Both the position numbers and the translations under genes were made by a program. Source: a virus. From it: a stretch of DNA of 64,000 nt. The DNA lies in IMG/VR virus record IMGVR_UViG_3300031088_000737, positions 96,001 to 160,000 of that record; one strand, given 5' to 3'. Shown here one piece after another: positions 39,884 to 49,474 of this stretch. Each line of letters begins with the position of its first letter. Within the stretch, counting starts at the first letter, position 1. The notes under the pieces were generated by a model. It ran no database searches. It was not told the DNA's origin and was given only the letters and a program-made list of their open reading frames with translations.

Positions 39884-40174
39884 TTAAGAGAAATTAAAAT
39901 AGTCATCATACCTTATCCAGACGACTCCTTTTTTATAAATTTTATTTTGAATGACTGTATGCATTCTGGGTACGTTCGCTAAGATAAATTTCAAATCATT
40001 TTCAGTCAGGTCATCGACATGAATAAATTCAGCACACTGCATAAAGTAGCTATCAATTCCATCTTCTATACATTTATCATAGAGATCTTCTTTGCTACTG
40101 GCATTCGCTAATACATAATAGTTTCTGGCCCCTTCCCCTGTTGCTGCATATTGTATTTTCATAAAGTAAGTCAT
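39884..40174 (-). CDS. Hypothetical protein
   Basis: SD GAGGT; intact ORF. Confidence 0.65.
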   Translation of the reverse strand: MTYFMKIQYAATGEGARNYYVLANASSKEDLYDKCIEDGIDSYFMQCAEFIHVDDLTENDLKFILANVPRMHTVIQNKIYKKGVVWIRYDDYFNFS

Positions 40175-40237
40175 ATGATTACCTCAAATAGTTAAAGAAG
40201 TATACAACGATTTATATGTAGTGTCAATTTAGAGTAA

Positions 40238-40266
40238 TTGACTTAATTGACGTAAAGCGATATAAT
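40238..40266 (+). promoter_or_regulatory. Sigma70 promoter TTGACT-N17-TATAAT
   Basis: Read directly upstream of the Sir2 gene. Confidence 0.75.
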
Positions 40267-40289
40267 ACAAAAATATAAAAAAAGGGCAC

Positions 40290-41102
40290 ATGATGATCAC
40301 AAAAATATTAAGTATCAAGAAAAAATATGAGAAACATTTAGCCGAAAATGCAAGCATTGCAGACTATAAACCAAAAATCACCATCTTTACAGGTGCTGGT
40401 ATTTCTCGTGACAGTGGACTTGAAACATTCAGGGACAGTGATGGTTTGTGGAATAATCATTCTATTGAAGAAATTGCTACTGCGAGTGCTATTCGAAAAG
40501 ATTTTCCAAAAGTTAACAATTTCTATAACATGAGAAGACGTGAAGTGCTGGCGGCTGAACCTAATCAAGCTCATCTTATTCTAAAACAACTGGAAGAACA
40601 TTTTGAAGTTGTTATTGTTACTCAAAATGTAGACAACTTGCATGAGAAAGCAGGCAGTTCAAAGGTTTTGCACCTTCATGGTGAAATTATGAAATCTCGC
40701 CCTGTTGCTAATACTAAGATATTTTATGAGCAGACTGATGATATCAATGTAGGTGATAGATGTCCAGCCACCAATTCACAATTAAGACCTCATGTTGTTT
40801 TGTTTAATGAAAAATTAGATGAAGACATCTTTTATGAAGCAAGAAGACACATACGAGAATCTGATTTGTTTATTGTTGTAGGTAGTAGTTTGCAAGTCAA
40901 TCCAGCGGCTTCTTTGGTTGCTGAAGGCAATGGCATGAGAGAGTTCTATTTGGTTGACCCGAGTGATGTAGAAACTATGTATCGCCATAAATTTAAGCAT
41001 GTCAAAGACACTGCAGTTAATGGATTGGCTGAATTGTTACCTACGTTAATTGAACAAGCCAATGAACTGGTTAATAAATTTAGAGACAAAAAAGGAGCTT
41101 GA
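40290..41102 (+). CDS. cobB: Sir2/CobB-family NAD-dependent deacylase
   Basis: TGAGISRDSGLETFR, TQNVDNLHEKAG, HLHGE, RPHVVLFNE and VGSSLQV.PAA. Confidence 0.93.
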   Translation: MMITKILSIKKKYEKHLAENASIADYKPKITIFTGAGISRDSGLETFRDSDGLWNNHSIEEIATASAIRKDFPKVNNFYNMRRREVLAAEPNQAHLILKQLEEHFEVVIVTQNVDNLHEKAGSSKVLHLHGEIMKSRPVANTKIFYEQTDDINVGDRCPATNSQLRPHVVLFNEKLDEDIFYEARRHIRESDLFIVVGSSLQVNPAASLVAEGNGMREFYLVDPSDVETMYRHKFKHVKDTAVNGLAELLPTLIEQANELVNKFRDKKGA

Positions 41103-41109
41103 TAGCTCC

Positions 41110-41979
41110 TTATAGTTTTATTCCGCTGTCTTTTAATTTCTTCTTAGCCAATAGTTCTATATCCATTGCGTAGTTGCTTAACTCAGCTTCTTTTTCTTTA
41201 TACCGTTTGGTATGTTTATCATTTAAGTTTTTAACCAGCTTATAACTGCCGTGAATAACTGATAGTGTATTATTGATTGTAGGTATATTTTTGTTAGATG
41301 CCGTCATGTTATCTTGGAGCACAATTTCTTCTGATTTATCATCGCTAATAATATTCATTAGAGGTTCGTAATAAGCAACATCGGCTGTTGAATCATAGGT
41401 TAAAATTTGTTCTTTACTATACTTAATTGACTTTTTAAACCTTGAAACCGCCGCAATGGCTTCACCAAAATTCTTGTTGATGTCAACCATCAATATTTGA
41501 TAGTTTTGTTCATTAATACCATTATGGTATCTAATATTTAACTCATTGAGTAATTTAACACCGTGTTCAAGTGCATTGATAGAAATTATACAAATATCTT
41601 CAATTTCTTTGGTGACACGATTGATTTCAAAATACATTTCTTTTTCAGATAGTAATCGTTTATTTTTCAATGAGCTTTCATCACTTCCAGAAATAATGCT
41701 ATTTTTAGCATATTCGATAATATGAGTTTTGCGTTCTTCTATTTCTTTTTTAATTTCATTTATGGTATGAGTCGATAATTGGATAGACTCAACAATCTCA
41801 TTGACACTAGAATGCTCATTTTTATCAAAAAATTTTTTCATGAAAGATCGCTTAACGTGTTCAGACTTTTTTACTAATAATAATTGTTCGTATTCGACTA
41901 TTTTGTATTGTTCATTACTAATGATTTCCTGTTTTTGTTCCAGAAATTCTTTGTAATTTTCTATATGCAGTTCTAACAT
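41110..41979 (-). CDS. Coiled-coil hypothetical protein
   Basis: Long helical E/K-rich ORF. Confidence 0.65.
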   Translation of the reverse strand: MLELHIENYKEFLEQKQEIISNEQYKIVEYEQLLLVKKSEHVKRSFMKKFFDKNEHSSVNEIVESIQLSTHTINEIKKEIEERKTHIIEYAKNSIISGSDESSLKNKRLLSEKEMYFEINRVTKEIEDICIISINALEHGVKLLNELNIRYHNGINEQNYQILMVDINKNFGEAIAAVSRFKKSIKYSKEQILTYDSTADVAYYEPLMNIISDDKSEEIVLQDNMTASNKNIPTINNTLSVIHGSYKLVKNLNDKHTKRYKEKEAELSNYAMDIELLAKKKLKDSGIKL

Positions 41980-42090
41980 TCTTATAGCCCCTAAAAAAGT
42001 CTCTTTAGTTTAACACAAGGCAAAAAATAATTCAATAAAAAAGGTGATGTCTTTTTTATTTTTCTGTAATACTTGAACTACACTTTAAAA

Positions 42091-42600
42091 TCATTCTTCG
42101 TTAAAGTACTCTTCCATGATATACCAAAGGTAATCACGAGCACTATTTAACACGTTATGGTAGATATCTTTCTGGACTTCTTTTCGGACGTGCTCATCTT
42201 TTGACTTCTCGTATATTTTAGCGAGGGCTAAATGACAAGTGTATTCTTGAATTTTTACAAAGTTCTCTTTTGGATGTAAAGAATGTTTACCATCTGGTAC
42301 CGATGAATGTTCTGATTGTTCTTGATAAACTGCGATGTTTCTATATACTGGCAGGATATCACTCTCATGATACCCATAAATTTCAGAGTTCAGTTCTTTA
42401 AATTTATCTCTCACTCCCACTACAAAAAAGACATTTCTTACTTTAACCAAAAGCTCTACATCAATAGGTTCTTCTGAATGTGTATAAGCAACAGTCTCCA
42501 TTCTTTTTATTTCTTCGGTAATATTATCATAGACTGATAACACCAATAATTTAACTTCGAGGTTTGCATTGATAGTGAAGACACCATTATTGTTTATCAT
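42091..42600 (-). CDS. Hypothetical protein
   Basis: SD GGAG; intact ORF. Confidence 0.65.
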   Translation of the reverse strand: MINNNGVFTINANLEVKLLVLSVYDNITEEIKRMETVAYTHSEEPIDVELLVKVRNVFFVVGVRDKFKELNSEIYGYHESDILPVYRNIAVYQEQSEHSSVPDGKHSLHPKENFVKIQEYTCHLALAKIYEKSKDEHVRKEVQKDIYHNVLNSARDYLWYIMEEYFNEE

Positions 42601-42694
42601 TTTAGAACTCCAAGTTTATTACTATTATACTAGAAGATTTACAAAAAATGTCAATTTTACACTATTTAAGCACACATCAAATCATTAAATTATA

Positions 42695-43354
42695 TTATAT
42701 ATTGATCATTTCTATAAGTTTATTATAGCTTTTTATATTTCTTACAAATGATTCATTAGTTTCATTTTTTAAATCAATTGATAATAAATCAGATACAAGT
42801 ATCTTGAGTGAGTTTATATTTTCCTGCGATAATTGTGCTTTGGATCTATCAAGGTGGTCTAATATAATATGTGTAATGAGATGCCATTCAGTGGTCTTAG
42901 TGTATCGGTTGAAGCGTAGTTCGATATCACCACCATGTGGTTCAGCCCTACAAGCATAAGATTTGTATTCTAATTCACCAAAATAAGGAATGGTTAATTT
43001 TTTGTTGTTATTGTAATTGTTGTAGGTTTCAAATCCATTTTGAGTGAGCAGTATATCACTAATGGTTTTAATTTCTCCCGGTTCAAAAAGGAGTTCATCT
43101 GCTATGATGACTGATTGACCATTAGCCATGTATTCAAGTAAGGCGACTTCGTTCAGTTTTCCATTAATACGAGTTCGTATAGGAATTGTCTTCTTATTTC
43201 TAAATTCGAGCGTTAAATTAAATGGATAATATTTTGAAAACATGTAAAATAAAAACTTTTCTGGAAATTTGTTTGATGGATTCATTGTCATGTTTTGAGC
43301 AATGTCTAACAGGTTTGAATGTTCTTCACACTCAGCTAAGGTTTTAAAAATCAT
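42695..43354 (-). CDS. Hypothetical protein with M-x-x-I tail
   Basis: SD AAGGTGG; ends SYNKLIEMINI. Confidence 0.7.
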   Translation of the reverse strand: MIFKTLAECEEHSNLLDIAQNMTMNPSNKFPEKFLFYMFSKYYPFNLTLEFRNKKTIPIRTRINGKLNEVALLEYMANGQSVIIADELLFEPGEIKTISDILLTQNGFETYNNYNNNKKLTIPYFGELEYKSYACRAEPHGGDIELRFNRYTKTTEWHLITHIILDHLDRSKAQLSQENINSLKILVSDLLSIDLKNETNESFVRNIKSYNKLIEMINI

Positions 43355-43505
43355 AAATTACCACCTTTTATCAATGTCATCATTTGGCGATCCTTCTGTT
43401 TACAATTTCATAATATCATAAAAAAATAATAATCAAATAGTTGTTTACTTTTTGACTTTTAAGTATTTTAGTATACAATTTTATATAAACTCATATAGAA
43501 AAATA

Positions 43506-44237
43506 ATGTTAAAACGCATATTAATTACAAGTTTATTTTTACTTTCAACCACTTCATTTGCTCAAGACAATAGACATCAAAGAATTACATCTCAGGAAGA
43601 ATTAGATCGAGAGATAGTGTATTTAATGAAAAAATTTGACTATGAAAAGCCTGATACTTTAATTCGATTAGTTGATTATGTTAACCGCAACTCAGAGGTG
43701 AGAGGTTATGTGATCAATAAATTTTCAATGAGTGCTACTAAAAATGATAAGAAAGGTAAAAACATTAAGTTTATTGTTGATTATATCAGTCAAAATATTG
43801 TTGAATTAGACACCTCTAATATCCCTAAAAATGGTGAATGGCAAGGACAATCAGGACACTCGCTGTTCTTTATTAATGGGAATACCCATTCTTATTCCAC
43901 AGAAGAGATGAGACAAGCAGCTCCCTATGGTATTCCATTTGAATATGGATATCCTAACTTTACCAGTTTTAGAGTGGGAGACTTAATTCCAATTCAAAAT
44001 CCAACCGCCTCCTATCCACATGATTATGAGAAAGTTGTCAATCAAATCATTATGGAAAAGAAACCTATCAATGGCATTGTTTTCAATAATGCTGCTGAGT
44101 TTAAAGAATATCTGCAAACGAACCTTATTAACTTGCATTATGCTCATGATGAAAATGCGTTTGAATTTTTACCCAATACTGTTGTGTCAGTCATCAACTA
44201 TGAATTACCACACATATCAAAAAGAAAGCCTCATTAA
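43506..44237 (+). CDS. Secreted hypothetical protein
   Basis: Signal peptide MLKRIL...SFA. Confidence 0.65.
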   Translation: MLKRILITSLFLLSTTSFAQDNRHQRITSQEELDREIVYLMKKFDYEKPDTLIRLVDYVNRNSEVRGYVINKFSMSATKNDKKGKNIKFIVDYISQNIVELDTSNIPKNGEWQGQSGHSLFFINGNTHSYSTEEMRQAAPYGIPFEYGYPNFTSFRVGDLIPIQNPTASYPHDYEKVVNQIIMEKKPINGIVFNNAAEFKEYLQTNLINLHYAHDENAFEFLPNTVVSVINYELPHISKRKPH

Positions 44238-44668
44238 GAGGCTTTTCTTTCATCTACATACTGGTTAAGCAAGAACTCAAATTCGGCTGGTGATAAGCCA
44301 AAGAAGTATTTTACTTTTTCATTGACCGAATTTACTACATAATTACTCTTTGAGATGATTCTTACAGCCCCTTGACCATATTCAATTAAAATACCTGCAT
44401 TGATATTAGCAACCTTTTCAATGTTGTATTTAAATACTGGATGGTAATCAAAAGGATTAACCCCATCTTTGTAGCGGTTATCTCTAATGGTGACATCGAC
44501 ATGTTTACCTTTAATAATCGCATAGAACATAAAGATTTCTAAACTGCAGTTGTGTTTGTTTTCTTGGTACCCTTCTCGAAAGGTGACCACTGCTTTTTTT
44601 ATTAAATCTCTTTTATTCATTTCAGTTTCAGTGACTTCGTTAGTTTTGTTTTGTTCAATAGCGTTCAT
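44234..44668 (-). CDS. Hypothetical protein, last gene of the PTH2/HD operon
   Basis: SD AGGAG, tightly coupled to the HD gene. Confidence 0.7.
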   Translation of the reverse strand: MNAIEQNKTNEVTETEMNKRDLIKKAVVTFREGYQENKHNCSLEIFMFYAIIKGKHVDVTIRDNRYKDGVNPFDYHPVFKYNIEKVANINAGILIEYGQGAVRIISKSNYVVNSVNEKVKYFFGLSPAEFEFLLNQYVDERKAS

Positions 44669-44670
44669 GA

Positions 44671-45270
44671 TTATTCTCCTAATAGTTTATCATTAAATTT
44701 TTTGCCGATTTTGTTAATTTTTTTCCATTTGATTTTAAAGCTCGTTGATTCAATACCGCCAAACATGGAAGCATTACTATGAATCTCACAGAAGCCAGTA
44801 ATCAAAAGGGTTGCAGCGAATGGTAGTGCATAGAACTTTTCAAAATCATCCATTTTAAGCAAATGAATGTCCATATCATGCTCCATCAATTGAGCTTGAA
44901 GTTCAGTGCCACCGATTTTACGCCAGATTAGACCAGATGCTTGTGCATGGTCAGGGAAGTGACGGTTACCATTTTCATCAATAGTCAAACAGAAGGGTTT
45001 ACCACAGTCGTGATAAATCTGATAAGTGTTGATGTCTTTTTCGTCTACTAAGTTATTCCAAATAGATTTGTTATAAATCCAATCAGGAAGTCTCCATTCG
45101 AGTGTTAATGGTTTTCCATCAATAATGTGATCTTTCAAATCTTGAAAGTATTTATTGACTGATAATCCATGTTGAAGAACATTCATGCCTTGTGTTTGTT
45201 CACAGGCTTTCATCTCTTTAACAAGATCTTTGAAGCTAAGGTTTTTAATGTTATCAATCTACATAGTCAT
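44671..45270 (-). CDS. HD-domain phosphohydrolase-like protein with in-frame TAG at codon 4
   Basis: QHG, YHDCGKP, DHA and HDMDIH motifs. SD AGGAGA sits 6 nt before the ATG at 45270; the gene then reads ATG ACT ATG TAG ATT GAT AAC and is open into the annotated ATG at 45213. Confidence 0.75.
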
Positions 45271-45298
45271 GGTCGTTCTCCTAATAAGTAATGTTGTG

Positions 45299-45661
45299 TT
45301 ATTTTGAAGCTTTAAATGTTTCTATTTGGTTCTTTATTGCGTGCTCTAATTGTACCAAATCATCTACTGTAAAGTCAACACCTATTTTATATTTTAATGC
45401 TTTTAAATCCCAAGATTCTAAGTTATTAAGTTCTAGTTGTTTTCTGGATTTTTCAACAGCACTTAACCAGTCGAGAGCAATAGAAACAGCTTCCGATTTA
45501 TCTGTTGCACATTTAGTAAAGTCTTTTGTTTCTCTTAATAAGGCATATAATACATAATCCTTCAAGAATAATACTTTGACTTTGTGTCCATTATCATCAC
45601 GATAAGGGCGTTCTGTTTTTAAAAAAGTTTTCATGGTGTTTATCATTGCTAATCTACTCAT
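45299..45661 (-). CDS. Hypothetical protein in the PTH2/HD operon
   Basis: ATGA overlap with the upstream gene. Confidence 0.7.
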   Translation of the reverse strand: MSRLAMINTMKTFLKTERPYRDDNGHKVKVLFLKDYVLYALLRETKDFTKCATDKSEAVSIALDWLSAVEKSRKQLELNNLESWDLKALKYKIGVDFTVDDLVQLEHAIKNQIETFKASK

Positions 45662-46425
45662 TTTATTTCTCCTTTGAAAAAATGATTTATATCTTTATAT
45701 TGGTTAAAGTTCTCTTTACTGACTTCTGTTATGTCATATTCAGGGGCTAAAAAAAACATTAATCCTTCTGGTGTAAATTCAATTTCGTGATGTGGTTGAT
45801 GATCCATTAAAATAACCTCCAAAAAACCTTCATGTGTTAAAAATACGAGAATTCTTTCTGGCAGCACATCCAATGTGTCTATAAAATGAACAAAGGAATG
45901 TAAAGCTTCTGTATTCATCTCTAATTCATCGTTATGTTCTCCCCAACCGTAATCATAGGCAATCAATTCAACTAAATTTTTAGCAGTATCCTGTTCTAAT
46001 TTATACAATAATCCAGAAACCATCTCTAATTTTGTTTTGTAGTTAGCAAAACAGTTTTCTGGATCGGTATATTTAAAATGTTTAAACACTGATCGAGGGA
46101 GTGCAATACCATCGTCATAACCTGTCATGTAGAGATAAGTTGCTTCTGGTTCAAAACAAACGTCTACTAACTGATTGTTTAATATCCAGTTGATACTCAT
46201 CATCCCTTCATGGTTGAAGAAGAACCCGATATCATTGGGGATATTGTCATTGATCTTATTAAGAAAATACAACATCTCTCTGCATGATGCTTCATTCATA
46301 GGTTCAGCATCACGACCATCCCAGTTGGCTTTAACTTCAGCCAACTCGATTAATCGTTGAATAGATGAATCACTTAGTTTGATTGTGTGTTCATTGATTA
46401 GGGTTAATATTAATTCTTTATCCAT
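45658..46425 (-). CDS. Hypothetical protein with two internally repeated domains
   Basis: L.EL....(AN/YG)W(D/G)......M repeated twice; SD AAGGGGG. Confidence 0.7.
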   Translation of the reverse strand: MDKELILTLINEHTIKLSDSSIQRLIELAEVKANWDGRDAEPMNEASCREMLYFLNKINDNIPNDIGFFFNHEGMMSINWILNNQLVDVCFEPEATYLYMTGYDDGIALPRSVFKHFKYTDPENCFANYKTKLEMVSGLLYKLEQDTAKNLVELIAYDYGWGEHNDELEMNTEALHSFVHFIDTLDVLPERILVFLTHEGFLEVILMDHQPHHEIEFTPEGLMFFLAPEYDITEVSKENFNQYKDINHFFKGEIK

Positions 46426-46434
46426 AAGTCCCCC

Positions 46435-46896
46435 TTATACACACTGAAATTTCTTGGTGATTTGTTTCACTTCTTCTTTGGTGCAAGGCCCAATACCGAG
46501 AGCGGTAATGATAGGAGAACCATCAAAGTGTGGTGGCAAAATATGACCTTGATCGACAATAATTGAACATGGCAATCCCGCAGCAATAGCTTGGTTGTAT
46601 GCTTTAATTAAGTGATCTTCATTTTTGGCTTTTAACGTAACCTTAGATCCGCCTGATTGACGATTTCTATAGAGCTTAACGTTTTCTGGGTGCGATTCTT
46701 GTGCGTTTGTTAATGCATCCGTATAAGCGTGACCAGCTTGAGCTGCAAGCTTACCCGTTGGCATGTTTAAATCGCCGCGAATAATTGAATAGATGTAGTA
46801 ATGTGAGTCTTTGTCCGAAGGAACAAATTGAGTGTATTGGCTAAGAATAGCCTCTTTGGTGATGAAGTCGAATTCGTTATTATCAATCTACAACAT
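46435..46896 (-). CDS. pth2: Peptidyl-tRNA hydrolase PTH2-type with in-frame TAG at codon 3
   Basis: IYSIIRGDLNMPTGKLAAQAGHA, KVTLKA, IVDQGH and TALGIGP motifs. SD AAGGAGA sits 7 nt before the ATG at 46896; the gene then reads ATG TTG TAG ATT GAT AAT and is open to the end. Confidence 0.85.
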
Positions 46897-47120
46897 GATG
46901 TAATCTCCTTTGTTTGATTTACAGTTATAATTCTACGCTCTATTTTTTTAGAAGTCAACATTTTTTTTTAACATTACTAAAATACTTTAAAATATTATCT
47001 GTTAAAAAATCTATAACATTTTAAAAATAATAGATAAAAGCATTGAAAAGAAAGTTTCAATCTGCTATCATTTCACTCATCTGTTTTTGGTTAAACAGAC
47101 ATTGATAGGGAGTTTGTTTA

Positions 47121-47699
47121 ATGTTGCAAATAATTATAGCAATTTTGATCACAACAATTGTATCGATTGCTGGTTTTGGTCAGATAGAGAGATTAGCACG
47201 AGAGAATGCTGCAAAAGCGAGACATTGTGAGAATGTATCTTGTGTTGATGATAAATCAAAGACTATTGATCCTAAAATACTTGCAGTAAAACCTATCGAT
47301 TTTGTTAAAACTGCACCTGTTACAAATGTAGTTGTTGAAAATCATTATGATTTGAAGGAGTTAAACGATGGCTTGATGGCATTGTCTGGTTTGGGTGGTT
47401 TTGCTTTATTTGTTTTTATTATTTATAAATGTTTTGGTGTGGGACGTAGAACTTTAATGCTGTCAATCGCTAGAAAAAGAAGTCTTATGCTTATCAAAGC
47501 GTTTGATTCGATTGTTGATGATGTGAAACATTGTCTTGAACACAATAACAAAATTACAGAGCAAATAGACTTTAACAATTTACTTATTCAGGTTAACAAA
47601 GAAAACCCTTCTATGAATTCTTTGATTTTAAGCAATCGAATCATGAAGGATCAATATAATTTTATTGAAAGGAAAATTTTAAATGATTTCAAAAAATAA
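47121..47699 (+). CDS. Tandem membrane family C, member 1
   Basis: Two TM segments; ENHY....LN.GL..L.G motif. Confidence 0.7.
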   Translation: MLQIIIAILITTIVSIAGFGQIERLARENAAKARHCENVSCVDDKSKTIDPKILAVKPIDFVKTAPVTNVVVENHYDLKELNDGLMALSGLGGFALFVFIIYKCFGVGRRTLMLSIARKRSLMLIKAFDSIVDDVKHCLEHNNKITEQIDFNNLLIQVNKENPSMNSLILSNRIMKDQYNFIERKILNDFKK

Positions 47700-48408
47700 A
47701 CAAAGAGGCAGCTCGTTATTCGAAATAATGATAATATTTGTTTTATTCTTCATTGTAACGTTTACTGTTGCAAGTTTTATTGGTAATGATAAAACAACGA
47801 CTACTCCTAGCCAGTCACAAGCTATTGCGATTAAACCAGAAGTGAAAAAAGACGTTAAATATGAGCGTATACAGCCCATAGTGACTGAGATCATTGATTA
47901 TAGAAGACAGCCTAAGCAAAATAAAGATTTCAAGTTAATGCCAGTTGTCAATCCTGAAATGAGAACAGAGCCTATTCAGCCTGTTGCTCCTGAGCCTGTT
48001 GTGGTCACACCACCACCAGCACCTATTATTGAGCAGACTGAAAATCATTATCATTTTGAAGATTTGAATACAGGTCTTATGTATTTGGGAAGTATTGTTC
48101 TTACAATGTTTAGTCTGTTTTATGCATTTAAAGGTGCTGGTAAATTGATGGTGACGCTTACCATCAAGAAAGCTATAAAAAATAGTAAATTCATTCAAGA
48201 AGCATTCTCTAACGATGTAAATGATCATACAACTTATCTTGATTATAGTAGAAAGTATAATGACCAGTTAAGCTTAAATAGACTCATTATAGATCGATAT
48301 AATGATAACTATTATGCTGGCGAGCTGAAAATTCATACTGAGCATTTGGCAAGCAGTCTTAGTTTTATTGAACGTATGTTTGTCGCTGATATGAATAACC
48401 CATCATGA
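47683..48408 (+). CDS. Tandem membrane family C, member 2 (prepilin-like N-terminus)
   Basis: KQRG-SSLFEIMII; Pro-rich linker; ENHYHFEDLNTGL. Confidence 0.7.
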   Translation: MISKNKQRGSSLFEIMIIFVLFFIVTFTVASFIGNDKTTTTPSQSQAIAIKPEVKKDVKYERIQPIVTEIIDYRRQPKQNKDFKLMPVVNPEMRTEPIQPVAPEPVVVTPPPAPIIEQTENHYHFEDLNTGLMYLGSIVLTMFSLFYAFKGAGKLMVTLTIKKAIKNSKFIQEAFSNDVNDHTTYLDYSRKYNDQLSLNRLIIDRYNDNYYAGELKIHTEHLASSLSFIERMFVADMNNPS

Positions 48409-48431
48409 TGAGTAATGAACAAGGGCAGATT

Positions 48432-49472
48432 ATGAAAAAATACACTAAATACCACTATGCAAAAAAAGACTTTCATTCAAAGAAATCTTTTTATGAGAAT
48501 AGATGCGATATCGGCCATAAAGGTGTCATAGGTGAAAAAGTGAACTTAGATGTTAATAATTACGATTATGATTTTGGTGATGATACAGGTTATAATGACT
48601 ACAAAGTATCTGATGATAGTATGATGGAAATTGATACTGATATGGATGATCTTGTAGATGATTATTCTTATAATGAACATTACGAAAATTTATTTGACAC
48701 TTATCCTAAAAAGAAAAAATCAAATAAAGATTCTAAAAAATCAAAGTCGTTAATGCTTGATGAAGAAGCTGGTTTTGATCGTGTTAAACGCTATTATGTT
48801 GCTAACATGGAGGCTAATCAAAAGAAAAAAGAAAAAATGATTGGCCTTGCTATTACGACTGGATTACTAATGGTGGGTATTGCTGTTGTCAGCATTTATG
48901 CCACGTTTTTCAACATGTCTGAAAAATCAACTGTTTATATTGCTCATGAAACTGGTAAGTTTATTACTAGCGATTTAAGTGTTAGTGAAATTCATAATTT
49001 AAGACAGCAAATAAGTAAAGATACAGCACTTATTGTCAATAAACCTTTGTTAGAATCTAATAAGGCTGCAGCAAAAGAAGAACCAAAAGTTGTGGCTCCA
49101 TCCATTGTTAATAATTACAATTTTGAACAATTGAATACAGGATTGACAACATTAGGCTATTCATTACTGGGTTGTTTGTCGGCTTTTGTGTCGTTTAAAG
49201 GACTTTCACTTTGGGGGCGTTCACGTAGACTAAAAAAAGAAATCAAAAAGAGCAATGCATTGCTGACTCAATTTAAATCATTAATTAATACTAACAACAA
49301 CCAGTTGGAAACCAGTCAATTTATATCGGAACAAATTATATTGAACAATATTTTTATTGAACGTTTGTCAAGCAATAATAATGTAGTAGAATTAATAGCG
49401 GTTAATGAGAAATTAAAAGACACCAACAGTTTTATTAATGATCATTTAATCAAAAATTTAAAAGGTGAATAA
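48432..49472 (+). CDS. Tandem membrane family C, member 3 (acidic D/Y-rich N-terminal region)
   Basis: NNYNFEQLNTGL motif; two TM segments. Confidence 0.7.
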   Translation: MKKYTKYHYAKKDFHSKKSFYENRCDIGHKGVIGEKVNLDVNNYDYDFGDDTGYNDYKVSDDSMMEIDTDMDDLVDDYSYNEHYENLFDTYPKKKKSNKDSKKSKSLMLDEEAGFDRVKRYYVANMEANQKKKEKMIGLAITTGLLMVGIAVVSIYATFFNMSEKSTVYIAHETGKFITSDLSVSEIHNLRQQISKDTALIVNKPLLESNKAAAKEEPKVVAPSIVNNYNFEQLNTGLTTLGYSLLGCLSAFVSFKGLSLWGRSRRLKKEIKKSNALLTQFKSLINTNNNQLETSQFISEQIILNNIFIERLSSNNNVVELIAVNEKLKDTNSFINDHLIKNLKGE

Positions 49473-49474
49473 AT

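Noticed and set aside
45640-45661. TAGATTAGCAATGATAA near the start of 45299-45661, resembling the amber-gate motif
   Set aside because: The TAG triplets are out of frame (ATG AGT AGA TTA) and the match is imperfect.
46767-46961. 64-aa ORF as a separate gene upstream of pth2
   Set aside because: It is an alternative frame overlapping the SD-supported, motif-bearing PTH2 N-terminal extension, and it has no SD of its own.
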